Origin: Callorhinchus milii
Lineage: Eukaryota
Direction of reading: 5' to 3'
Length of the DNA stretch: 64,000 nucleotides
NCBI RefSeq assembly: GCF_018977255.1
Contig: NW_024704742.1
Span: 31,250,001 to 31,314,000, forward strand
Both the position numbers and the translations under genes were made by a program. Positions within the stretch are counted from its first letter, which is position 1. Every line of letters begins with the position of its first letter. This document shows, one piece after another, positions 13,503 through 25,852 of this stretch. The notes beneath the pieces were generated by a model. It was not told where the DNA came from. It made no database searches and saw nothing but the letters and a program-made list of their open reading frames with translations.

Positions 13503-13701
13503 TCGCAGCGAGATGGGGAGGAGGGAGTCGCAGAGAGATGGGGGTGGAGGGGTGAGGGAGTCGCAGAGAGATGGGGGAGGGGGGAATGGGGACGGAGTCG
13601 CAGAGGAATGGGGGGGAGGGAGTCGCAGAGAGATGGGGGGGAGGGAGTCGCAGAGAGATGGGAGAGGGGGGAGTGGGGACAGAGTCGCAGAGAGATGGGG
13701 G
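13503..13701 (+). repeat. G-rich minisatellite
   Basis: Seven copies of the core (gag)tcgcagagagatgggg with variable G-rich spacers. Confidence 0.9.
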
Positions 13702-14629
13702 CAGAAAGGCTGAACAATTTGAAAGCTGTTTTATGTTTGTTAATCTCGTTGCGGCAGACTGTTGGTGGTGGTGGTGTGTGAATGCCGAGTGTTGCCACGG
13801 GAGCAATGTGATGGCAAGTAACATGCCGAGCTCGGAATGATGGCATTATAAAACGTTATGATATCCTTTGAGAACATTATCTTTTACAATACGGTATGAA
13901 ACTATTTAGAAGTGGTTGACATTTACACCCACAGTACAGGAGCGCAGTAGGGTTTTTTGTGCTCACATGGCCGACAAGAAGACTGTTTGGAATAAATGAG
14001 TTGATTTTATGGCTTACAAGGAAACGCTGCTTAGTTTTGTTTGTTCATTTACGAGGAAATGTCGTTTGTTCCAGCGAAAAATTATCTAAGTATCGTAAAA
14101 TCACAGATGCTTTTTTGGGTCAGCCTGCTGTCTGATGCATGCGGAAACCCATCATCATGCTTAAGAGTATCCAAATTAAACGTTAAAATGTAAACGTTGC
14201 CCTGGATCCTTCATTACACTAAGAGATAGAATCCTGTGACAGGGCCTGTCAAACTGTGAGCAATTCTCACTGGGTGGACATGAAGATAATGGCAAACCCT
14301 TCCACACCTTGGTTATTACACACAGTCAACCCATTTTACAGTATATTCTGTGAAGGGCTTTGAGACGTCTCAATGACGTGATAAGGCGCTATATCAAATG
14401 CAAGGATTATTATTATTAAATTCAAGAATTATTGTTAAATTCAGCATCAGTTGAAACTGCTGTGTAATATTAAAAATAAGGTGGAAAATATGATATTCCA
14501 AAAAAAATTAACATCAATTATCTCCCACCCACAGATCTATTTTTTACAGCAAAGAGGAAGGCCATTTGACCTATCATGTCCATCCTTCCTTTTAGAAAAG
14601 CGTGGCGGTTGTTGTTTGTGATGGTGGTC

Positions 14630-14862
14630 GTGATTTCAGCCACTATGCCCTGAATCTCTGGAACTCCTCTGAATCCTTCTCTCTTGCCCCTCTCTGTCTG
14701 TCTTCAAATCACACCTGAAGACTTTCGACTTCAACCCTACCTTCGGTCACCTCCTTCCCCCCACCTCCCGTTTCTGGTTTGCCGTCAAGCCACACTGCTA
14801 TTAAGCACTCCCGAGTCGCTACCTGGGTGAAGGACGCTATATAAATGCAAGATGTTGTTGTT
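14630..14862 (+). mobile_element. L2 LINE 3' end
   Basis: ttcagccactatgccctgaatctctggaactcc...gacgctatataaatgcaagatgttgttgttg. Confidence 0.8.
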
Positions 14863-15318
14863 GAATATTTCGCCCCCAAAATATACAGTAAATTCACTTT
14901 ACAGTATATTCTGTGAAGTGCTTTGAGACCTCTCGAATACGTGATAAGGCGCTATATCAAATGCAAGGATAGTATTATTTATTATAACATGAATAAGAAG
15001 TTGGCAGTTCGTGGTGCTTGACTCTCTGATCTCATCTATGCTCATTGCTCTCTATTCACAAAGTTGCTGCAGCATTCCTTTAAAATAATGGATAATTTAC
15101 TGCATAGAAGGAGACTGTTTGGTCCATCGTGTCTATAGTCGTGCTAGCTCCCCACTCTGGATCTATCTGCTCTTTCCCATGCCCTTTATTGTTGATTTTC
15201 TTGGAGTGTTTATCCAGCTCCCTTTCGACTTGGCTTCAGCAGCCATTTGGCATTGTAACAATCTTTGTGCAACTTTTGTTTCCCCTAATCTTCCCCTTTT
15301 TCCCTCTTGATGATAGTC

Positions 15319-15376
15319 AGTTTATGTCTGCAGGTTATTGATCTCTTAGTTTATGTCTGCAGGTTATTGATCTCTT
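15319..15376 (+). repeat. Perfect 29-bp tandem duplication
   Basis: agtttatgtctgcaggttattgatctctt occurs twice in tandem. Confidence 0.95.
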
Positions 15377-15759
15377 AAAACATGAGACGACTCTGTTATT
15401 TGGTGATATTTGGTGTCTATAATATTTCAACCTGGTTTATAACGGGAGGCGGGGAATGGGCCATCAAAAGTGGCCATGACATTGCCCGCACTGTGACTGA
15501 CGCTAATCATGCTATCCCTCTTCAAAGACAATAAGGTCCCAATGCAGGTTAAGCTTGTGGTGTAAAGACCTGTGTACAAACAGTCCTCCTTTATGTTTCT
15601 AAGCTCCTGGTGGTACAGTGGAGAGGCTTCCTCCATTTGTGGTCCATTATTGAAGTCCAGAATCAGGCAGTGAGGTGCACTTGTGGCAAACCCGGGAAGC
15701 GGTTGCAGGGAGGGATTTTTTTATTGACCTGTCGCGAAGCACCCAGTTTTTATGTGGGA

Positions 15760-16010
15760 CTGCTTTCAATGACAAGCCATGTAGTTTTAGGTGGTTCAAT
15801 TCCAGTAGTACCCTGATGCACGCTGTGGGGTCCCAATCTTTGCTTATTGCCAAACTACGCCTAATACTTTCCGGAATTATATTATCAGGATGCATCCCTC
15901 CTGGAAGAGAATGTGCATTCCATTCCAGCAAATATCTTGGGAATTTCCATTATAGGTGGGATGTGTGGAACTCTGTCTAGTTTGGATACTCTTAAGCACG
16001 GTGATGGCTT
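15760..16010 (+). repeat. Unclassified repeat family A, copy 2
   Basis: Shares ggatgcatccctcc...gtgcattccattcca...tttggatactcttaagca with 3645-3945. Confidence 0.8.
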
Positions 16011-16209
16011 GGGGGTGGGCGGGGTGGTGGGGTGGACCCAAATGACCAAAAAATAATAATAGCTGTAAAGTGTAGTGACGTTATGAAAGCAGCAGCCAAT
16101 TTGAGCGCAGCAATGCACCATAAACAGCTATGAAATGAATGACCCATTTATCTGAAGAATCTATTCAGAAATGTTTTAAAAATTCAATAATGCATTCTAC
16201 GGCATATCT

Positions 16210-16292
16210 GAGGTTGAGGTTACACACTCCATAAGAAATGTGCAATTTTGATAATTACACATTTCTTATGAAGAAGTTGTAAATTAGACCCC
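16210..16292. repeat. Short inverted repeat or mini-MITE
   Basis: cataagaaatgtg (16230-16242) pairs perfectly with cacatttcttatg (16258-16270), with weaker outer pairing. Confidence 0.7.
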
Positions 16293-19129
16293 ACAGTTAT
16301 TCTGTGAGGGTTTGTCTACTTTTGGTATGTGACAATTGATCAGAAACATTCTAGTACAGTGCGTGTGTGGATTCCATGATCGTGAAAAGATTAAGAGATG
16401 ACTGTGTATTGCGATAAGCAGGTTTTATTGTAATACATCTCAGAGTGAGCAGTTATTGAAGATCAGCTGAATTTCTTGCCATGCTATACATTTGTCAGGG
16501 CCACAGGGCAGATGCCAGAGATGGTGCTGCTGACTATGAGAAGGAGATGCCTGGTCCGTCCTGGGACTTGTCTCTTGCGTGACCTACAAGGTTTTAAGAG
16601 AAGAGCCTCTAGCTTTTTATTGGCAGAGCCACTCTTGCACTCTTTGGAGGTCAGCCTAAGAAACACCATTAGGGAAATGGCTAATGGAATTAAGGATATA
16701 ATAATATAGGGATATAGTGAGAAAATTGTATTAACAAGAAATAAATCATGTTGAGTGTAAGGTAAGTGTTTTTTAATTGATTGATGGAAAGAACGTACGG
16801 TAGGTTTTTCAAAGCCTAACAGCCATTTACCGCTTCAGCCTAAGGAAAAAGGCAAAAATGGATAAGGGAATTATAGTGCAAAGATTGAATTAAATAAATT
16901 ATTCAGAGAAGCTAGTCGTTTAGTGCTGACATTACTAATGTGAAGGAGCATTTAATCTTTCTTACTAACAACATTCCAGCATGGCACAATGTTTTATGAA
17001 GATGAGCACTGCAGATTTGTGGAATTCATTTGAGTGCACGCTCGGATTTTGGAGATCATCAAAAAAATTAATATCAGTGTACATTCACATCAATATCAGT
17101 CATTTATTTTTTAAATGTTAGTTTTTTTATATATATAAATTGTTTTTATTGCATTTGCACAAAAAATACCCACCGGGACGGACCTCCCAATTTTGCAGGA
17201 GAGGATTAAAGCACTGACTGTTTTGTATAAGATGAAGAAAGGGGACACAGCCATCTGCATCTAATCACAGTATGTTGTGGGTGAAGGGGGGTGGGGGGGG
17301 TTCTCAGTATATGAAATCCTCTGTTAAAGGGTAAAATGTAAAACTTGTCATCACATCATATAATTGTGAAACAGAAAGGCTGTGATAATTTTTTTCTCCT
17401 AAGATTTTTTACCCCCTCTTTCCTGCTTTTCTCTGCATCGCTCACTATCTTGGCAAAGAAGAGATACAGCCAGGTAACCTGTTTCACATCCATTGCCAGG
17501 TGTGGGTGGCTGTGCATCTCCCATTTCCTTTCATTTCCACCCCGCGTGGAGGTACTTATGTCACCAATACGCCACTTCTTCCACAAGGGCACATCTGACA
17601 TCGGGAACTGGGTGTGCAGGGCACACAGTCCTGTATCTATCACTCCCACTGCCCAGGCCATTGGGACTTCAAAGTGCAGCATTAGCACTAACTGGGACAT
17701 GAACATGCCAAGAAAGTCATATTGTGTGGAGCATTTAGTTTTAGAATCCCCCCTCCCCCCACACATATAGAAAACTGTCACTGAAAACCATTATGCTAAT
17801 CAATACGTTTGAAATACTGAATGTAAAAACACCTTTTCCAGTTACAAAGGTGGAGCATTGGACTCTCAGCTCAGAATCCCAAGAAGCCCCATTCCCCTGG
17901 ACAAGATTTACATTCCAATTTGGGCTTGGTTAAATATTTTGGCTAAAATAAATCCTCACAGACCCAAGAATCAGGTACGTATTCAATGCCAATTTCAGGA
18001 TGATCAATTTAAGACTTGAATCTGAAAAAAAACAAAATGCCATCCCCAGTTCGAAACATGTAAATTAATTTTTAGTGAGGTTTCTAATGATAAAATGTTT
18101 TCATTCCACATGGAGCGGTGGATTGGTTGGCTTTGACTTGTTCATGTCATAGATTAATTTCAACATCCTAATGTGGGATTAGCCCGAAGGTCTCATCCTG
18201 TAACAAGTAACTATTCAGCTATTGTCTATACGTCATCCACCCAATGCAGATCTTCCATGTTCAAGCGCTCCAAGACTCTCCCCCATGTGAAGGGCGCAAT
18301 ATAAATGCAAGTTGTTGTTCCTACTGTGCAGACACAGCCACTGTGCAGCCATTATTGCAAAGAACCAAAGAAATTTACAGCATAGAAGAACTATTTGGCC
18401 TAATGTGTCTATGCTGGCCCTTTGAAAGAGTAATCCATTGAATCCTATTTCCCTGCCTAGTTCAGGTCTTCTATTGCGGTCTGGATGCGTGTTATCAGAT
18501 TTGGTCTCTTCCATGGTTAGCTACAATGAGAGCTTAAAAAGGAATCACAACATGAACATATCTGACCCGGTCCCCATAATTCAGGTGAAGGAGCCCTTTA
18601 AAATGCACTTTGGGGATTAATGGTGCCTTAATGAACAATCAGATTATATTATTTTAATATGCTATTTGCTAATCAGACTTGTATCCTTTTATGCCAAAGA
18701 TGCTCTTCAAATACTTCTGTGTTTAGGTAACTAGATTCTATCTATTCCTACACAATTGTATCTGTGATAGGATGACTGTTTTCCTTTAGATAAATAACAT
18801 TATTGGAGTGTCCATTCCTGCTGGTGAGGAATGTTTGGACCTCTACATTTAAATAAAGGATCTTACGGATGACTTATCACTCAATGAACTTGGTCTCTTC
18901 AGCTTTACTTCAGTTTATTACATCTATACTCCGTGGCTGTTTACTGTTCTATTCCACATTGCTGCGCACAACTTGGTTGCTGTGTTTGCCCAGAAAACAC
19001 ACAGTCACTCCACTTTACAATATATCCTGTGAAGTGCTTTGGGATGTCCTCCTGACATGAAAGGTGCTATACCAAAATGCAACAATGATGCTGATTATTT
19101 TTTTTACTGTTATTGTTATTATCATTTTA

Positions 19130-19548
19130 CAGATGACCTCCCCAGCTCCACCCTCACTAGCTCCAGATCATTCAATAATTTACAGCTTTCATGCTTTCCA
19201 CCACAAGGCTCTTTGGCTCACTGTGATCTCACATGACCCTTCTCTCCCGGTCACTCCATCAGGCAGCTCTGGCCTGTTCCTCCCCATTGGTGGGCATATT
19301 TTCAGCCAATTTGCCCCATTCTCTGGAACTGTTTTCTGACAATCTTCACCTTGCTCCCTCCTATTCTGCTTTCAAGACGTATCAAAAGGCCTATTTCTTT
19401 TGAAATAGGCCTTAAACCTTAAACCCCCACCCCCGCCGCCATCTCCCTTCCAGCTCGAGCTTCAACTCCATCTTTGTGTAGCACTTTGAGCACTTCCTTG
19501 TGCTATCTCTTCATGAAAGTGGTTGTACAAGTGTCAATTCTTGTTGTA
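19130..19548 (+). mobile_element. Decayed L2 3' fragment
   Basis: ccccattggtgggcatattttcagcc...ctctggaac...ttcaagac segment and a ttgttgt tail. Confidence 0.7.
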
Positions 19549-19610
19549 CAAATAATAAAGCAGTTCATCCACTAATCAGGATACCACAGCCCTAATGGGA
19601 ACAAAGGGGT

Positions 19611-19968
19611 ATCAGCCTGGCTGAATTGGTAGCATCTAGCTTCTGAGTCAGAAAGTTGTGGATTCAAGCCCCATGTGGGAACTCGAAAGCTACTACATCC
19701 TGACACTCCCAATGTAGTGCTGGGGGAGTGCTGAATTGTTGGGGGTGACATCCTCCAGATGAGATGTTAAATTGCAGTTTCATCTGCCATTTCAGGTGGA
19801 CATTAATAATCCCATGGCACTGTTCGAATGGAGAAGGGAGTTTCTTCTGGTGTGCAGGGTAACGATTCCTTAAATAAAACGTTAAAATGTAATGACTGCG
19901 TATTTTACAGGCAAACGCGGTAGCGAATCTGTGCACAGCAATGTTCAATAACGTGGCAAGAATTATTG
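19611..19968 (+). mobile_element. Deu-domain SINE with an inverted internal segment
   Basis: Head atcagcctggctgaattggtagca...ctgagtcagaa and Deu core caggtggacattaataatcccatggcactg on +; 19880-19948 is the 3' segment in reverse orientation. Confidence 0.8.
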
Positions 19969-20934
19969 GGGAAGCAACCCGTTAATCCCACAATAATAAT
20001 AATCCTTATTAATAATCCATCAAATTTTACATGATCCAGCTCTTACCGCCATCAGAAAAATAATCTTTAACTAGAATGCATTAATCACATTTCATTATTA
20101 GAAGTAGCATCCCAAGCCTTGAAGGTGCCTTTGTGTGGTTGAACCAAATTAAATTAAATTTACATTAACCAGAGAGATGAATTGTTACAATATAGATATT
20201 GCATATATAATTACCACAAACAGCGGAACTCGCTAATAGGCACTCACTAACATTGCGTCGAACCAGACTTGCACGTAACGGCACCAGGGGAACTGTTATC
20301 AGCAAACCTGGAATCCACAGCATCTGGGAAACGGGAGCGCAGAGGGAAGTTTCTGTATACCTTTGAGATATAAACTATTTGAATAGGAATGTGGTGCAAA
20401 CATCTCTGAAATCATGTGCGGATTTATGAGATTTCTAATGGGGCGCTGCTCATTAAATCAGAAAATCCTAGATGTTTCAGCACAGGAGAAAGTCATTGTG
20501 CTCGTTCACCAGTTCCCCACCAGAGCAATCACCTGTAACTCCACTCCTTTGTTTTGCATGTTTATTTTTCAAGTGTCCGATTGGCTTTTGAATATCATAA
20601 AAATGAATAATAATTCTTCCATTTATTATATTGTGCCTTACTGCATATTCGAGACGTCTCAAAGTGCTTCACAGAATATAGTGTAAAGAGAATTGACTGT
20701 ATAACCAAATAATCATCAGTATTTTTTATTTTTTTATCCAAATTGGCTGAATCCCATTTGCCATTTTCCACTTCTGATAACTCTTTGTGTAAAAATATTT
20801 CTGCTAACCTTGTTGTTTATACTTCCAGTGATAACCTTGAGTTTATAGAAACAATCTATCATTGCAGCCAAACATCCATCCATCTGGAGTCCAATGAGGA
20901 ATTGGATGTGGGCTCTGAGATACCAGCTCGAAAA

Positions 20935-21201
20935 ATCTAAAAGAACCAGATGGGAGTTGAGGAGAATTTGTTTTATGCAGAAAGTTGTTACGATCAGGAA
21001 TACACTGCCTGAAAGGGTGGTGGAAGCAGATTCAATAATAATTTTCAAAAGTGAATTAGATATGTACTTGGAACAGAAAAACTGCAAGGCTATGGGGAAA
21101 GGTTGAGGGAGTGGGACTAGTTGGATAATTCTTTCAAAGAGCCAGCACAGTCATGATGGGCCGAATGGTCTCCTTCTGTGCTGTAAGATTCTATGATTCT
21201 G
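20935..21201 (+). mobile_element. CR1 LINE 3' end
   Basis: ELRRICFMQKVVTIRNTLPERVVEADSIIIFKSELDMYL; ends gggccgaatggtctccttctgtgctgtaagattctatgattct. Confidence 0.9.
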
Positions 21202-21552
21202 TGTGCATGTGGGCGAGATAACTAGGGGCATCATTGGCGCAGGCATTGTGAACCAAGTAATCTTCTGCACATGTGAATAACTGGTTTGTAACTGGATAAT
21301 TATCACATGAGCTGGCTTCTGAAACATTGCAAATTTTGGCCAGCTATTGCAGTTAGGATTTAACTAATGTTTCGTGCAGATTTAGCATGTCCTCTTTTTT
21401 GTCTTCACTGTGCCTGTGCATACAACCAGCTCTATTTAAACACATGAAGGGCAATGGTGGTTAGTACAGATCCCTTGACTAATGACAACAGTGACAAGGA
21501 ACGGAATATCTTTCTATATTTGGCACTGAGTATCAACATTAAGAAGTGCAAG

Positions 21553-21900
21553 TCTGGCTCAGTTGTAGAACTCTCCTCTGAGTCAGCAGTTGTGGGTTGA
21601 AACATCAAGACTTGGAATTTATATATTCTATACACTGTGCTGGGTGTAGGCTGGAGTGTTGGCAGTCTTTTGGTTGAGACTTTAAGCAAGGCTCCATCTG
21701 CCTATTCAGACGTAAATAATCCCAAGGAACTGTTTGGAAGGAGAAAGGAGTTTCTCCTGGTGTCCTGGCCAATAATCTCCAATATAAAATTGGTCATTCA
21801 CGTCATGGCTGTGCGCAAATGGGCTGTCACATTGACCTACAAGCAGTTTGAGATGTTCTTCCGACTTGAAAGGCGCGTTGTCAAACGTAAGGAATATTAT
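21553..21900 (+). mobile_element. Deu-domain SINE
   Basis: ctggctcagttgtagaactctcctctgagtcag head; gagtttctcctggtgtcctggccaa core; L2-like tail. Confidence 0.8.
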
Positions 21901-21940
21901 TTCACAAGATAGCCACAGGACAAGAAAGCTTCCCGACGAT

Positions 21941-22174
21941 GGGAGAAATTCCACCTGGGTCTAGATGTATTCTAATTTATGTCCACTTTAGAACTTCCAG
22001 AATTTTGGCAAATCATTAAATACAAACTTAACTTCAAAGCTGGTTTTGGTGGGTTTTAAAATAACTTATGTTAAACCAATCTCAAAATGAAGGATGTAGC
22101 TGCTAAATTCTGGACGCTCCAAAATGCTACATAAATAAATATAGAGTAAGTAGAACCAGGTGGAATTTCTTCCC
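21941..22174. mobile_element. MITE with about 23-bp TIRs
   Basis: gggagaaattccacctgggtcta versus tagaaccaggtggaatttcttccc; an inner tccagaattt/aaattctgga pair is also inverted. Confidence 0.8.
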
Positions 22175-23069
22175 AATCCATGGCCTTATTAAAGCTTCCC
22201 ACATAAAGCTTCTTACAATAATAGCCTGGCTTTATCATATATAATTATCATATATCATATACAAAGGACGGTGCACACACACATAACTGCACTCCTTCTC
22301 ACTGGATGGGGAACAGACTCGAGGAAGCAATAATCAAAGCAGTAACTCCTATTGGTTTTAAAATAAGACTGTAATTCGAACTGGTAACTGAGGTAAACAT
22401 AACCCCCCCGACCCCCGCCCCGCCACCAACCCCCCCGACCCCCGCCACCCCCCGCTTTTAAAAAGTACTTTGGTCCTCAGGAGCTTGAAGTGAATTCCCC
22501 AGTTAATGCCAATTGTTTTTTATTCTGACATCTAATGGTTCCCCTATTAAAGCCGTACTGGGCAGAAGTTCAGAATGCACAAAATGTAAATTGCATTTTA
22601 TTGTCCTGTCCCACTGCTGTCATTCGAACTAATCTTCTTTTCTCATTGCTATTATCATTGTCAGCCATTCTCCTCACGACAATACTCTCTGCTGATGGTG
22701 TCTTAGGTCACAGCCCAGCAGAGCAGTTTAAACAGCGGCGAGGCAGGGAGGACGGCTTTGGAAAGACTCTCAAAGTCACGTTCTGCATTTGGAGCTTCTT
22801 TCAACGAAGGATCAAACCGTAATTGCAGTATTAGGAAATGTTACTAACCGCTGCTTCGAGTCCAATAAAAAAAACAGAGAACAGCCTCGCTGGTTAACGG
22901 CATGAAATAAAATAAATATTCCCTTTGGCTACAAATAATTAGTTCATATTAAAAAAAATCTGTCTCCTTTGGGTCTCTATAAATGGGGCACATTTAAAGT
23001 GTTAGTTAGCCAAAGTTTTAATAACTGGGAGAAATCACTGCAGCAGTGAAATGTGGGAAGTAGAATAGT

Positions 23070-23410
23070 GGAGTCCTTTAGCATATTGGTTAGCACACTC
23101 ACCTTGCAAGCGAGAGAAACCGGGTTCGATTCCCAGGCAGGGCGAAACGTTAGGCAAGTTTCCTTACTCCACACGCTTCTGTTTACCTAGCAGTAAGTAA
23201 GAACCTGGTTGCTAGTCGATTGTCGGATCGCTTTCCAGAAGTAATAATTCCTACCCAGAAAATAAAATAATTTGGTCACTCAATCCATGACTGTTTGTGG
23301 GATACTATTGTGTGCAATTGGTTGCCGCATTTCACCCACAAAATACAGTTAATCCACTTTACAATATATTCCATGAAGCGCTTTGAGACGTCTTAACGCA
23401 AGGTTTATTA
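23070..23410 (+). mobile_element. tRNA-Ala SINE, long form
   Basis: tRNA head with B box ggttcgattccc, plus the extra ctgtttacctagcagtaagtaagaacctggttgctagtcgattg segment. Confidence 0.9.
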
Positions 23411-23534
23411 TAGAAAATCAATAGCTGGATTTCCTTTAAAGAATTTGCGATGACTCAGTGCTAGTTATGAAAATGTTTGCTGTTATTTAAAAGGGTTTAT
23501 CTTATTGCTTTTTAACCTGTGGCATTCCATGAAA

Positions 23535-23838
23535 CACTGGCTCCCCATCCCCCAGAGGATCGAGTTCAAAATTCTCGTCCTCACCTTTAAAGCCATCCAT
23601 GGCCTTGCCCCCTCCTACCTCTCTGACCTGCTGACTCCCTACCAACCTGCCCGCACCCTCCGTTCATCGGGCTCCAGCCTGCTCCATGGCTCCCGCCCTC
23701 TCTGCTTTCCCTCACCTCTACACCACCCCCCCCTCCCCCATGCTCAGGATGCGACACCTGACTGTTCAGTGCTTTGGGACGTCCTCCTGACATGAAAAGC
23801 GCTCTATAAATGTAATTTTGTTGTTGTTGTTGTTGTTG
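23535..23838 (+). mobile_element. L2 3' fragment with internal deletion
   Basis: HWLPIPQRIEFKILVLTFKAIHGLAPSYLSDLL; (ttg)n tail. Confidence 0.92.
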
Positions 23839-24544
23839 TAAGGCCATAAGGTGCTAGCTGCTGATTCTAGCGAGGAAACGTTTGATGATGGAGTGGAGAT
23901 TTGCATTTTCTTTTAGGCTTTGTAAAACCTCACAGTTCTTGCTTTTACGACAAGTCCTCAATGTCACGTGCAAACTGAAAATATCCTTCTGTAGAATTAT
24001 CCAATGCTACTGTCTGATTGTTTGCTACATAATTTTCAAGCTGCATTATTTAACCTCTGGACTACCTCTTGTCTCCCACCTGACCTGTCCTACCATGAAT
24101 AGTGAGCTGTCAGCCATTCAGCCCCTGCTCTCTGGAACTCCATCCCCGAATCCATCCACCTTGCCTGTGCTTTCGGCCACCATCTCTGCCATACTCAGCT
24201 CTCCCTTCCCCAGCTTGAGATCCCAGTCTGCACTGAGAAGGACTTTGAGCTGTCCAATGTAAATTGTTATTGTAACTTCTGGGAGTGAGGCAGATATATC
24301 CTTAATGTTCAGTGTGAAATGAATAATAACCACAATATGGTGGGTTGTTAAAGAAGGGGTGAGAAAACAATAATCAAAAGATAGCACCTGATAGCACCAG
24401 CAAGGACCAGACTGGTTATACCTGAACCATAGCATCAGCAGCCACACTTCCATGCTGAATATGACGAGATCCTCGGAAAATTGACTACACGTAACTAGTG
24501 CATTGTTGAATTCTCAACAACAACAGCAACAACTTGCATTTATA

Positions 24545-24904
24545 CCTCTCCGACCTCCTAACCTCCTACCACCCTGTTCGCTCCCTCTGTTCAGCCTGCT
24601 TCACGTCCTCCGCCTTGCTCGCCCCACTATCGGTGGGTGGGCCTTCCGCTACTCAGCACCCAGCCTCTGGAACTCCATCCTGCAGTCCCTCCGTCTCGTC
24701 CCCTCCCTTGCCACCTTCAAGACCCACTTCAAGACCCACCTCTTTGTCCTTGCTTACGATCTCCCGGCTTCCCCCCCGCCCTCCACCCTCCCCCATCCCC
24801 CACCCCGACCCTCAGCTTCGGTCCGTAACTCTGTATGTCTAGCACCTTGGGATGTCCTCCCGATATGAAAGGGGCTATACAAAGGTAATTTTGTTGTTGT
24901 TGTT
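24545..24904 (+). mobile_element. L2 3' fragment nested in the tail of an opposite-strand L2
   Basis: RPTIGGWAFRYSAPSLWNS...FKTHFKTHLF and a (ttg)n tail; flanked by the two halves of a minus-strand L2 end (24515-24545 and 24906-25165). Confidence 0.9.
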
Positions 24905-25349
24905 GATATACAGCACCTTTTGCGTTGGATAATGTGTTGGAACTCTTACAATGGCGGGATTAGACAATGAGCAGCAGAGAGGGAGGAGGAGGAGGTGCCC
25001 ATGGGTGTGGTCAAAGAGGAAGGTTTTAAGGTAGGATTAAAGACCGATAGAGAGGGAACAAGATGGATGGATACAGCTGGAGAGTAACAGAGGTTAAGGG
25101 TGTAGTGACTGAAGGCTTGGCCACCAATGGTGCCACGGAAGGAGTGGGGCACATGCAGCATGTCTATATTACCTGAACAGAAATATCATTAGTTGTTTAT
25201 CTGAGAGCTTTAGAGATTAATTACATATAAACCAAGCTGGTTGGGTCCAGAAAAAATCTTCTTGAGCTATGGTATGAATCTCTTGTTTTCGCAAAGTATC
25301 TTTCCACTCTTTGGAAAATTTATGAATAACATTTCTGCTTAATGCACTT

Positions 25350-25852
25350 ATAATAATACTTGCATCTTGATATAGCACCTTTCACATGGGGCGGATGTCT
25401 CAAAGCGTTTCATAGGTTAATACTGCATTGTGACAGTATTCGATAGGTAAATGCAGCAGCCAATGTATGCACAACAATGTCCTACAAACAGCCATGAAGT
25501 GAATGACAACTACAATAACCTGCATTTATATAGCGCTCTTCAAGCAGGGTAGCATCTCAGAGAGGTGAAATTACCAATTTTGTTAGGGGGATTGTTGACC
25601 AGGATACCGGGAGAAATTCCCTTTACTTTTCGAAAAGTGCCATGGGATCTCTATTGTCAACCAGAACAGCCAGGCGGGACCTCAATTTCAACATCACGTC
25701 TATAGGACGACACCTCCAACAATGCAATACTCCCCCAGCACTGCATTGGAGTGTCAACCTAGATTATGTGGATCCAAAGTCCCAACGTGGGGTTTGAACC
25801 CACAACTGTCTGTCTCTGAGAGGAGAATGCTACCAACTGAGCCAGGCTGACA
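25350..25852 (-). mobile_element. Deu-domain SINE, near full length
   Basis: Head gtgtcagcctggctcagttggtagcattctcc on -, Deu core gatcccatggcac; an L2 tail is inserted at about 25505-25563. Confidence 0.88.

Noticed and set aside
13503..13701. CRISPR-like repeat-spacer array
   Set aside because: Spacers are short low-complexity G-runs, the context is eukaryotic and no cas genes are present.
17345..17781. Overlapping 141-aa ORFs on both strands in unique DNA
   Set aside because: No recognisable domain, non-ATG starts and no convincing splice context; a short exon cannot be fully excluded without RNA-seq.
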